From Octopus bimaculoides (Eukaryota), in the NCBI RefSeq assembly GCF_001194135.2, contig NC_068986.1, positions 6,163,069 through 6,227,068 of the forward strand: a stretch of DNA of 64,000 nucleotides, written 5' to 3'. Shown here piece after piece: positions 39,264 to 50,995 of this stretch; position 1 is the first letter of the stretch, and each line of letters starts with the position of its first letter. Position numbers and translations under genes: made by a program. The notes beneath the pieces were generated by a model. The model was not told the origin of the DNA. It did not search any database and saw only the letters and a list, made by a program, of their open reading frames with translations.

Positions 39264-40251
39264 ATACACAAGCACACACAGTTATATATATCAAATGGAT
39301 GTCCTATAAAAATATTCCACACATACAATAACAGCCATACCAATAATCCAACACACCTTCATCATCAGCTGCCCCACAAATATCACTATGATTTCGACAC
39401 CTGGGTAGTACCATTCGATCTGGGGGTGTCAACAGCACTAAAATAAGTGTTGTTTGGGAACAAACATACCTTAGAAATCACCACACATACACGCATACAT
39501 ACACAGGCACACACACAAACACACACTCGCAAACACGCACGCACACATGTATATACAGATTTGTAGTTGTGAGATTTATAGTGGAATAAGTAACAGAGTA
39601 GACACCAATAGGGTGTGTGTGTATATAAGAGATGAGGGAAAGAAAGAAAAAATGAATGTCTAGATGTGAGTCTACATGCAGATTCCTCTACAAGAACCTA
39701 CTCTGTGCCCCCTTCTCATAGTAATCCTTTTGTCCCCTAACATGAAGCTGACCTCCCCATCGAACCAGATTTCATAATCTTCTGTGCTGTATGGTGACCT
39801 CAATTCTGCAGGTGGCACAGAAAAAGCATGGATCATGAAAAAAATCTGGTAAGAAGAAGAGACAACTTTGTACATATTTCTGCATCATTTTGGAATCATC
39901 AGTAAAGTATAACCTTATTATAACTTGCTATTTTTCTAAGAAATAGCATATTTGTTACTATAAATAAACATAGAACCATTTAGAAATGGATTATTCTGAC
40001 AGGCCATTGACCAGAAAAACAATAGGTAAGAGGTTATCAGTTTATCTAATTATCTTGATAATTCGATAGTGATAATATCATTTTACTATACTGGAATAAA
40101 GCCACAAATTTCAAAAGACCTAAAATTCAGTCATGGGAACATAGCTAAACATATTGGTAAATACACACACACACACACTCATCGATACACACACACACAC
40201 ACACACACACAACCACACAACCATAGACACACAAACATCTATCTATCTATC

Positions 40252-40297
<46 letters not shown>

Positions 40298-40855
40298 NNN
40301 NNNNNNNNNNNNNNNNNNNNNNNNNNNNNNNNNNNNNNNNNNNNNNNNNNNNNNNNNNNNNNNNNNNNNNNNNNNNNNNNNNNNNNNNNNNNNNNNNNNN
40401 NNNNNNNNNNNNNNNNNNNNNNNNNNNNNNNNNNNNNNNNNNNNNNNNNNNNNNNNNNNNNNNNNNNNNNNNNNNNNNNNNNNNNNNNNNNNNNNNNNNN
40501 NNNNNNNNNNNNNNNNNNNNNNNNNNNNNNNNNNNNNNNNNNNNNNNNNNNNNNNNNNNNNNNNNNNNNNNNNNNNNNNNNNNNNNNNNNNNNNNNNNNN
40601 NNNNNNNNNNNNNNNNNNNNNNNNNNNNNNNNNNNNNNNNNNNNNNNNNNNNNNNNNNNNNNNNNNNNNNNNNNNNNNNNNNNNNNNNNNNNNNNNNNNN
40701 NNNNNNNNNNNNNNNNNNNNNNNNNNNNNNNNNNNNNNNNNNNNNNNNNNNNNNNNNNNNNNNNNNNNNNNNNNNNNNNNNNNNNNNNNNNNNNNNNNNN
40801 NNNNNNNNNNNNNNNNNNNNNNNNNNNNNNNNNNNNNNNNNNNNNNNNNNNNNNN

Positions 40856-40899
<44 letters not shown>

Positions 40900-41085
40900 C
40901 ATATATACATATATATGTATGGTGCTTCCCAACCACATGGTTGTGGATTCAGTCCCACTGCGTGGCACCTTGGATAAGTGTCTTCTACTATAGCCTCAGG
41001 CCAACCAAAGCTTTGTGAGTGGATTTGGCAGACGGAAACTGAAAGAAGTTTGTCGTATATATAACTATATATATANNNNNNNNNN

Positions 41086-41310
41086 GGCGCAATGGCCCAG
41101 TGGTTAGGGCAGCGAACTTGCGGTCAGAGGATTGTGGTTCCGATTTCCAGACTAGGTGTTGTGTGTGTTTATTGAGCGAAACACCTAAGGCTCCATGAGG
41201 CTCCGGCAGCGGGTGGTGGCGACCCCTGTTGTACTCTTTTGCCCCAACTTTCTCTCACTATTTCTTCCTGTTTCTTGAGTAAAGCTGTGATGGACTGGCA
41301 TCCTGTCCAG
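41086..41310 (+). mobile_element. tRNA-derived SINE family C
   Basis: A box tggcccagtgg, B-box-like ggttccgatttcc, body ttattgagcgaaacacctaaggctccatgaggctccggcag. Confidence 0.85.
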
Positions 41311-41648
41311 CTTTATCCACCTTTATTTCTGATCAACTGTGTTCCTCATTTGTGCGGTTAAAGTTACCAGAACAAAATTTTGAAAACCAATTTGATACTG
41401 TCTGCTGTGTAATAACATTAGAATGAAATACTCCATTAATATTCTGAGCTGCTAACAAAAATAGAAAAAAACGTTTTATAAATACTTTATAACGCACAAA
41501 ATGAGTTAGAATAAAGAAATTGATGTGTCAGTTTTCTAACAAAACATAAAGATTGTCAAAATATAATAATGGTGCAAAATGAGCAGCTGTCAAAGTTTAC
41601 CATATAGCTTACTACAAATTTCTTATTTGATGACTTAATATATATATA

Positions 41649-41867
41649 CTGTTGTGTCTGGGGAGGGTCATTCTCTTTTGGTGCCTTATAATTTAACACA
41701 CTCACTGGTAAAATTTCCACTTATTTCTTTTTTATTTTTCTAAAATTTTTGTTGAAAGACGCAACGAAAATTTTAGAAAAATAAAAAAGAAATAGGCGGA
41801 AATTTTACCAGTGAGTGTGTTAAATTATAAGGCACCAAAAGAGAATGACCCTCCCCAAACACAACAG
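41649..41867. repeat. Long inverted repeat: 106-bp arms, 7-nt loop, 4 mismatches
   Basis: Arms 41649-41754 and 41762-41867; loop aaagacg. Confidence 0.95.
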
Positions 41868-42047
41868 AACATGCTTCAACACACGAACTCACATAAAGAA
41901 TCTCACAAATCAAATCCCAAAACGAAATTAATATATATAGTCAATGCAAAAAAAAACAAAACAAAGAACGAAAACACAAGAAAACGTCAACATGCGGACG
42001 TGGTACATGCAAAGTATTAAAAGATGCTCTGAGAAGGAAAGAAAGGT

Positions 42048-42085
42048 TGTTTAATGTTTCAAGCAAAAGCTCTTCTTCAGAAACA
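42048..42085 (-). ncRNA. Degenerate minimal type I hammerhead motif in a PLE-like pLTR
   Basis: Minus strand tgttt-CTGAAGA-a-gagc/tttt/gctt-GAAAC-att-aaaca; stem I tgttt/aaaca. The deviations from consensus are CpG-type transitions. Confidence 0.5.
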
Positions 42086-42229
42086 GGAGACAGGAAAGTT
42101 CAAGAGAAAAGGAAGACAGAGGTAAAAATTCACCAACAATCCACATGTGGTTACATGTTGAAATGACAGGAAGGGAATGGATGAAGAAAAAGTTCTTTCT
42201 AAGACAGGAGAGTGTAAGAGGAGATAACT

Positions 42230-43335
42230 GTGTGTATGTGTGGGTATGTACGAGTGCACGAGTGTGTGTGTGGTATTAACTGTTTTATCTGTGTATGTCA
42301 GAGTGATCTTTGTGTCTGTTAATGTAGGAAGAATTCAGCAGCTATGATAACAGAAGCGGTATTGTTTTGTGTATTTGTGAGTTTCTTCACATATGTGTGG
42401 ATGGAATGGTCAGTCCGAAGGGTGTGCATGTGTGTGTATATATGTATGTGTGTGTATGTGTATGTTATGTGTGTGTTTTGTGTGTGGTGTGTGTGCATGC
42501 ATGTGTGTATGTGTATGTGTATGTGCATGTGTGTGTGTGTGTGTGTATGTGCGTGTGTGTATGTGTGTGCATGTGGGGTTGTGCATGAGTTTGTATGTGT
42601 GGAGGTATACATGTGCTCCTTTGTGTGTGTGTGCATGTGTGCATGCATGTGTGTGTGCATGCATGTATGTGTGTGCATGTATGTGCGTGTATGTACGTGC
42701 ATGTGTGTATGCACGTGTGAATCTAATTGTGTGTGTATATGTATGAGTGTGTGTATGTGTGTGCATGTATGTGTGTGTTGTGTGTATGTGTCATGTTTGT
42801 GGGAAGAATATGTGCATTCATGTGTGTGTATGTGTGTGTCTGTGTGCGTATGTATATGTGTGTGTGCATGGGGTTGTGTGTGTGGAGGCATATGTGCATT
42901 CCTGTGCGTGTGTGTGTGCGAGCTTGTGTGTGTGTGTGTGTATGTGTGTGTGGTTGGGTGTGCGTGTATGCATGTGTGTGTATATGTGTGTGTGTGAATG
43001 TGTGTGGGCTGTGCTGAGGTATATGTGTGTTCCTGTGCATGTGTGCACGTGTGGGCACGTTTGTGTATGCGTGTATGTATGTGTGAGTATGTCCGTGTGT
43101 GCATGCATGTGTGTATGCGTGTGTGTGTGTGTGTATGTACGTGCGTGTATGTGTGTGCATGTATGTGTGTATTGTGTGTGTGTGTGATGTGTCTGGGGGG
43201 TATATATGCGTTCATGTGTGCGTATATGTGTATGTGTGTGTGTATGTGGTGTATGTGTGTGTATGTGTATGTGTGTATGTGAGTGTGTGGCAGTATATGT
43301 GCATTCCTGTGTGAGCGTGTGTGTGTGCGTATATG
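42230..43335. repeat. ~1.1-kb degenerate (TG)n/(TATG)n tract
   Basis: Directly visible. Confidence 0.95.
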
Positions 43336-43599
43336 TGAGAAAAAAGGGAAAACTAGAAGATGAAAAAATAAAATGAAATAAATAAAAAAACAAATAAAAT
43401 AAAAAAGTAAATAAAAAATAACATATTCAAGATAAAAAAGGATAAATTAGAAATTAATGCAATTATAAAAAAAGAAAAGTAAAAGGAGATAATAAATAGA
43501 TAAAATGAAATAAAAGGATCATAATAAGCAATAAAAAACAATAAAAGTCGATAAAAAATTAATAAAAGTGTAAAAAAGACAGTGAATATAAGACAGGAT

Positions 43600-43890
43600 A
43601 AAAAGTTAATTTTTTAAGGAGGGTGTAGGGACAGTCATTGAGAGGAGGGAGTTGTGTTGAGTCTGAAAGGAGTTTGTGTTTGTAGATGGAAAATGTAACG
43701 CTGTTCCAGGTGGAGTCGAGAGTGTGTGGATCTGTGGTGGAGGGTGAGACCAAAGATGGAGATATTAGAGGTAGAGTAGTTGGCCAAGTGGAAATGACGG
43801 GGGGAGGGTTCATGCATAGCCAAACATCTCGTGGATGTTCGGAGAACTGCTCGGCTTGCCAGCAGCCCGCCTGACCAACGTATAGTTCGT
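43600..43890 (-). mobile_element. Penelope-like GIY-YIG endonuclease C-terminal fragment
   Basis: LYVGQAGC..EQFSEHPRD, then after a frameshift RHFHLANYSTSNISIFGL...SRLHLEQRYIFHLQTQTPFRLN. Confidence 0.75.
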
Positions 43891-44217
43891 TGCAGAGATT
43901 ATAAAAATATATCAGTAGCTGATAAAAAAATTGTCCAGCAGCATTTGTGGTATGGCTAGATGCATGTTTCTGCCTCTCTGCACTTCATCAGTAGCAAATA
44001 CAAACTGACAACTACATGGTAAGACAAAATCTGTCATCACTGATATAGGAAAATAGTTTCTGAAAAATCACCAATGTTGCAATTAGCTGGTAGACTGAAT
44101 AAAAATCTGTTATGTGCAACAGGAGCAGTATTGGTTAATAATGGCAATTTGCACAAAATTAGAAACCACACATTTTTCAAAACATTCAAGCCTTAATTTA
44201 TATTTTTAAACTATGCA

Positions 44218-44335
44218 AAGCATCAAGATATCCCTTGTGACACATGTTTTGAGAAGTACTGTGATATGTTAGCATAAAGCATTTAGATATCCCTTGTGAC
44301 ACATCTTTTGAGAAGGACTGTGATATGTTAGCATA
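44218..44335. repeat. 59-bp tandem duplication (2 copies)
   Basis: aagcatcaagatatcccttgtgacacatgttttgagaagtactgtgatatgttagcata followed by a near-identical copy. Confidence 0.9.
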
Positions 44336-47300
44336 ATACTTGTCACTTTTACAGTTTTTTTCTACAAATCGTTGCAGCAATTGGCTGTACTCTCATTGTG
44401 TTTATCTATAAGATCATCTGGGCAGTTGAAGTTTTAAGTGTCTTATTCCATGATGCCATACAAGTGAAGAAATTGTGGGAAAGTGTGACAAGTTCAAATA
44501 CCATGAGGTGAAAAGAATTTGTTTTAGCACAAGGAAAATGGAGAGAAAATGGTGTTGTTGCTTGAACAATGGGCAAATACTTTAGTTTTGAACAATCAAA
44601 ACCCTGATACTACGTTAACTCACCTTCTCTCTCTCTCTCAGAACCCTAAATATTAAACTTTATCATGGTAATGCAGCTGATTAAATTCTTCTTCTATAGA
44701 TTAATTGTTGTCAATGGAGTCCATCAACAGTTCACTCTAATTTCAGGTTTTACACTGTACAGCTGTTTGGCTATTAGTCTGACAACTACCAACTAATTAA
44801 TTATTAGTGTGACACCTATCAATTAATTAATTCTTACATACCAAGTAGATGCAAACAAACCATGCAGACATTGTATTGGATAATCAATTCTCAGTTTGTG
44901 AGTTTATATGTCATTGGTTGTATTTCTGTGTAGGACACTTAATTCTACATGCCCCAGTTTACATGACTGTTAGGTGGAGATTCCATAATTTGTAAAGGAT
45001 AATCATTAGCTCTCATTAATGGAGACCATTGAACATCCATTGATAAAGGCATTTGATGTACAATGATCAAGTAATTGATTGCATTTTCCTCTCTAGAAAC
45101 AGAGAAACACTTATTGTTTTCAGACTGAGTAGTGAGTCAGACAAAATGCTTTGTGGAATTTCTGCTGGCTCTTTATGATCCAAGGTCAACCCTGCCTTTC
45201 ATCATTTTGAGGTCGATAAAATAAATACCAATCGAACATTGAGGTTAATGTAGTTGGCATATCACATGCCCTACAATTGTTGACCAAACATACAAACCAT
45301 TCTTTCACTGATTTCTCTCCCTGGACTGTGGTCATGCTGGAGTAACACCTTTATGAGTATAGTCAATTATACCAGCTCCTGTATGTGACAGGTGTTAATT
45401 GCACTGATCTCAGAAGAATAACAATCAAAGTCACCCTGATTGCAATAGATACACGTAAAAGAATGTAAATAATATCAGAAGATATTTTGTCTGATGCTGC
45501 ACCAAGTCTGCCAAATAAGGCATAATTTTTACAAGAAGGTTAAAATTAGAATAATTATTATTTTATATCTCTATCAGACTATTCAAATGTTCCTCAAATT
45601 ATTAACCCCACCCTACCACCAACAAAAAAATAGAAAAGATAAAACAAGGAGTTTGGGAATCTGGAATTTTTTGTATGTGAGACTAGAAAATATTTGTAAA
45701 GACTGAAAAGAGTGAAAACACAATTCAAGGAATATTCCTGACAGGAATTTTAATGAGAATACTTTCAATGCGATTCCTTGTGGAATATTGATAGGGTATA
45801 AAATTCGTTAAAAAAGAGCTAATGAAGTGTTCTATTCTTTTGAAATGAATGACAGTGACTACATTGGACTTTTTCTTTTTCATATGGTAAAGTTATTATT
45901 ATATACCATATGGAATATCTTTATACATGCACTCCTTTAACAGATAATCTTCATGGAGATTATTAAAATTGAAGCTTACTTAAAGAATCTAATCTTTTTC
46001 AACATGTACAATCACTTAAAAATGCAACCGTGACATAAAGATAATACACCAAGACATGAAGACCCAGTCAAAGCTTGAATGCAGTAAATTGCAATCAAAT
46101 CTTGCTCAAATCATGAGTGACTATCTTAAAAAAAATAATAAACCCATTAAATATTAATGTTTTATGATATATTTTGAAAAAGACATCATTCTGGTATGAG
46201 TCACAGTACAAATTTTTTTCTTACAATAACTGTCAGAAATATTCTGAGATTTGTGTTAAATCTGTTTTCTGGCTTCACATACAAGAATCCTAAATTTCCA
46301 AACCCTTTGTTTGAATAAATTGAGAAATAACAGTAAAATCTGATGATCATAGCTATAATAATTTTAATCATTGTTCTGCTTGATGACTGCTGACCTGGGG
46401 CTAAAAACGCTGAGTAATATAACAAAATCAATACCTAAAAATCAATAATTCCCTTCTTCTGTCCGAACAAACATTATGCATGTTAATTACTTTACCAAAC
46501 TCTGTTTGTTAAAGTAATTAACTAGTAATTTGCCTACAGAACAATTGCTCTATTGTTATTGCAGTACAGAACTCTATTCTTGCAAGAGAGTGCAGCATTG
46601 TTCCTGTCATGACTGCAATAACATATGTCTGAGGTTCTGTTCTTGCTTTCAAACATCTTATTGGTTGACTATGTTTTGAATTTCCTTAAGCACATACGAT
46701 GAATGCCTTCATAATGGTAATAATAATATAATTGTTTCAAATGCCATTTTGGCATTGGGGTGTCATGCTTGTTTGCAACAATGAAAAACCACCATTTCTG
46801 TAGTTAAGGTGGCAAACTGGCAGAATCATTAGCAGAATCATTAGCAGAATCATTAGCATGCCGGACCAAATACTTAGTGGCATTTTGTCCATCCTTATGT
46901 TCTGATTCAAATGCTGTTGAGGTCGACTTTACCTCTCATGCCTTTGGGGGGGGGGGGTCAATAAAAAAGTACCAGTTGAGCACTAGGTTGATATGATTGA
47001 TTTGCTCCCTCCTCTGAACTTGCTGGCTTTGTGCCAAAATTTGAAACCAGTATACTTGTTAGTATATAATGGCTGCATAATGAAATACAGTGAACAATAT
47101 TCATCATCATCATCCAGTGTTTTAAATTTGGGTTTTGTCCCCGTTAATGGGGGTGGCCAAATCTACCTCAGTGCCATAGCAACTGAGGCAGGCAGGCGCA
47201 GACCACCCCAACCTTTGTACTAGCTGGTGCCCATTCTTCCTTGCTATCATGAGGCTTTTTTTGGAGCTGGATTTTCTATGGGGAGCATGCCATTGCTTAG

Positions 47301-48285
47301 CCCCAACCTCAGTTTCTAGACATGAGTGGTCCCGAGACCAAGGGCTCTACTACGATTTTTAAGAAATGTGGTGGAAAACTAACTCAGGAAAACAGGGACA
47401 CTACTCTCTGAGACCCCTTTCAGAGCCCTCCTACTTAATATTATAGTTGCATAATGAAATACAGTTGCATAATGAAATACAGCATTTAATATGTAGATAC
47501 CAGTTGCCAGGAATGTGTTTAAAATGTAAAATTGATATATCTGTTTGTGTTACACCACTAAATTTGGTGGCTATTTAAGCAATGTGTTGTTGGCAGAAAT
47601 GTAACTAATAGGGGTGCAAGGAAAGTGACTGATGCTGAGCACATTTTCAAATTTGGTGCCTTTTCAACAAATAATATTCACTCTTTAGTTCACTTGTGTG
47701 ATAAATGTTGAATCTCTCTTTTGTTTTGTTTATTGCAAGGCCTTGGAAGACCCTTAATTTGACCTACCTACAGTGTTTCTGAACTGTCTGCTCAATCTCC
47801 TGTGATGTGTTGTTGGCCTCTGATATCTGAAGAACCAAAACAAACCCCAATATCATTAGCTCTCAACGCTGGACAATCTTGTGGGGGTTTCATCTTTTTC
47901 ATGTCTCACCTATATCACTAGTTGTCAGTTTCATACATAATGGCATTATTACTGAAACATGAAATTAATGAATGTAGAATATATTATAACTAATGAAAGG
48001 AAAATAAGTTAAAAATTGTTTGACATGTGTTACGGAACCTTTTTTTATGTGCTCGCATTCCCTAACTTTAGAACCTGGCCATGCTGTTGGTTTGGGGATG
48101 GTTAATGGGTTGGGTGTGGGGTTGAAGAAGGAGCAAGAACTTCTGAAATATGCATATCCACCCTTTATGTATTTTTCTATCTTCAATCGCATTGTTTATA
48201 TGGATATAGTCACACATGAAAAACTTTCAGTACTGACTCTGGTTTCTATAGAAAATCTGTTGAGATAACTTTAAAAATTGATTAT

Positions 48286-48486
48286 ATCTCCCATCTAATA
48301 ATTAAGTTCACTACTTAATAATTAAATCTGTTACTGACTAATCAAGTTTATAACCCACTAATTAAGTCTACCGTCCAATAATTATATCTATAACCCAATA
48401 ATTAAATCCTCAACTCAACAATTAACTCTACAATCCAATAATTAATTCTACCACCCAATAATCATTCAATAATTAATTCTACTAAT
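48286..48486. repeat. Degenerate 20-bp minisatellite (~gtctacaacccaataattaa), about 10 copies
   Basis: aataattaa recurs at 20-nt period. Confidence 0.8.
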
Positions 48487-48661
48487 ATAAGAGCAGGTGT
48501 GGCTGTCTGATAAGAATTTTCCTTCCCAACCAAATGGTTCTGGGTACAATCCCACTGCATTAAACCTTGGGCAAGTATCTTCTATTATAACCCAAGGCTG
48601 AGCAAAACCTTGTGATGGAAACTGAAAGAAGTCCTCAATGTATATATATACATACATACAC

Positions 48662-48707
<46 letters not shown>

Positions 48708-49661
48708 GCATGTGTGCATGTGTGTATATATATGTGTGTACATCTGTCTATATCTGTGTGTATGTATTACTATCATACCTTGACATCACGTGATAGTTGT
48801 AAAATGAATGTCGCTATCATGCAAGCAGTATCTTTTGTTCCAAATCTTCTGTGTAAACATGTCTGATTATAGGGAAATATCATCTTACTTGGAATCACTT
48901 GAGAGTTGCTGATTGGAAGAGCATTTGGCTGTAGAAAATTTGCCTCAACAAAATTCTACCCAACCCATGCAAATATGAGAAAGTGGTAGTTAGAATGATG
49001 ATGATGAATGGTGACTACTCTTATCAAAGTATAGACAAGATTTGACCTCTATCTGAAGGCTTAAATTCAATACCTGCTGCTTATATCATCTGGTACATTA
49101 ATGCATGATTTTTGTTGAGTTCAATAAAATTGAGTGAATGAATAAGATATTGGCTTATTGACTTCCAAGATGGTGGAATTCATAATCTGTTGTAGAAAAC
49201 ATACCTTATTCCTTTGGAAAATTAAAGCCTTTTTTAGAAAAGCTTTCATTCTAAAATTCCTCATTAATTTATCTATAGAGAACCAAAGCGTATTTAAGAA
49301 GATCTTAAACCTCATTCTCTAGCAAGTTGAAATTATTAGTATTCATCTAATAATATGATTCTAGGAATATTATAACCCAAAAGCAATCATTTTGTATCTG
49401 ACACTTTAAGTTAATTAGGCTAAAGTGATATATGCCAGGACTACGCAACAGCTGTGGTGAGATATAATCTCATAAACCATTAAGTTGAGAGCTTGCTATT
49501 GTAAACCATTCAGTAATTGAACATATCACTATAAAGTCTTCTGTAATACATTAAAGTGTTAAAGAACAATATATATACATATGTACATACATACATACAT
49601 ACATACATATGTAGGCATGAATATCTGTTCTCACACACACACACACACACACACGCACACA

Positions 49662-49980
49662 TTAGATAAAGATAGTTATGACTAGGCTATGGGGTTACAC
49701 TGGGTTTCACGTCCATTAAGTGCTTAGCTTTACAGCATCCCTTCAGACCCTAATGGCTGGCAGCCTATAACCTCTCTTTAAAGTGGAGGACGAAAAGGCC
49801 TCATGATTAGTTGTTGAACACATGGACAAACTAGCCACAAGATCTTTTCTTCCTCCACTTTATAGAGAGGTTATAGGTCAGCAGCCAATAGGGTCTGACA
49901 AGACATATGTAAAACTAAGTGTTTTTCGGATGCAAAACCCTGTGTAACCCCATAAACTGGCCATAACTATCTTTATCTAA
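49662..49980. mobile_element. Fold-back element with very long imperfect TIRs
   Basis: ttagataaagatagttatg...ggggttacactgggttt pairs with aaaccctgtgtaacccc...cataactatctttatctaa; cagaccctaatggctg..cctataacctctctttaaagtggagga pairs with tcctccactttatagagaggttatagg..cagccaatagggtctg. Confidence 0.85.
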
Positions 49981-50174
49981 TTACTGTACTGCTCTATAAC
50001 TTAGAAAGAGCACAGGCGTGCGAAGCCTAAAATGGCTGCCATTTAAGAGATGTCATTTTTGCATATGTGATGTAGTGGTATTGCAAAATTTGATTTGCAT
50101 ATATTAATTTCAATTATGTCCTTTATATTGTATCAAAGTTTCCTGCATTTATTTGTAAAGTTAAGGAAGTTATC

Positions 50175-50212
50175 AAAAATTGAAACCCCTCAGTGACTTT
50201 TGGGACACCCTG
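50175..50212. mobile_element. Single Tc1-like terminus
   Basis: ...gactttttgggacaccctg|ta, the reverse complement of CAGGGTGTCCCAAAA; partner end not found. Confidence 0.4.
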
Positions 50213-50889
50213 TATATATTCTTTACGTACACACATACATATGTAATAATCCTTTATGTTATAGATCCAAGGCCTTAAATTTTGCAGGATGAGGCAAGTC
50301 GATTACATCAACTCCAGTGCTCAACTAGTACTAATTTCACTAGCCCTGAAAGAATGAAAGTTAAAGTTGACCTTGGCAGAATTTGAACTCAGAATGAGAA
50401 GATGGATGAAATGTTGTGTTTTGTCTGGTGTGTAACAGTTCTGCCAGCTTACCACCTTACATACATAGATAATGGAAACTCAAAGAAGCCTGTTGTGCAT
50501 ATATGTATGAATATGTGTATACATCTTTCTGTGTATGTGTCTCTGTGTTTGTACCCTGTCACTGCTTGACAACTGGTGTTTGTAGTTTACATCTTCTATA
50601 ACTTAGCTGTTTGGCAAAAAAGATCGATAGAATAAGTACCAGGCTTTGAAAAAAAAATAGGTACTGGGGTTGATTTACATTATTTACATTATATACATTT
50701 GACAAATATTTGTCCTTTTCTTGTTTGTTGTTAACACAACGTTTTGGCTGATATACCCTCCAGCCTTTTTGGTTCTTTTCTCTAAAACTATATATTTATA
50801 TATTTTATACTGTGAAACTTAATTTAATTTTAATTTTTAATAAATTGAATTTAATTGAGTTTTTACCTGTAAATTTGGATTTTTATCCC

Positions 50890-50995
<106 letters not shown>

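Noticed and set aside
43989-44018. Plus-strand micro-exon candidate with donor atg|gtaaga
   Set aside because: Such short AG...GT pairs are expected by chance in 64 kb; no supporting neighbour exon
44218-44335. Possible CRISPR-like repeats (also 48286-48486 and 52257-52376)
   Set aside because: Plain tandem duplications without unique spacers, in eukaryotic DNA with no cas genes
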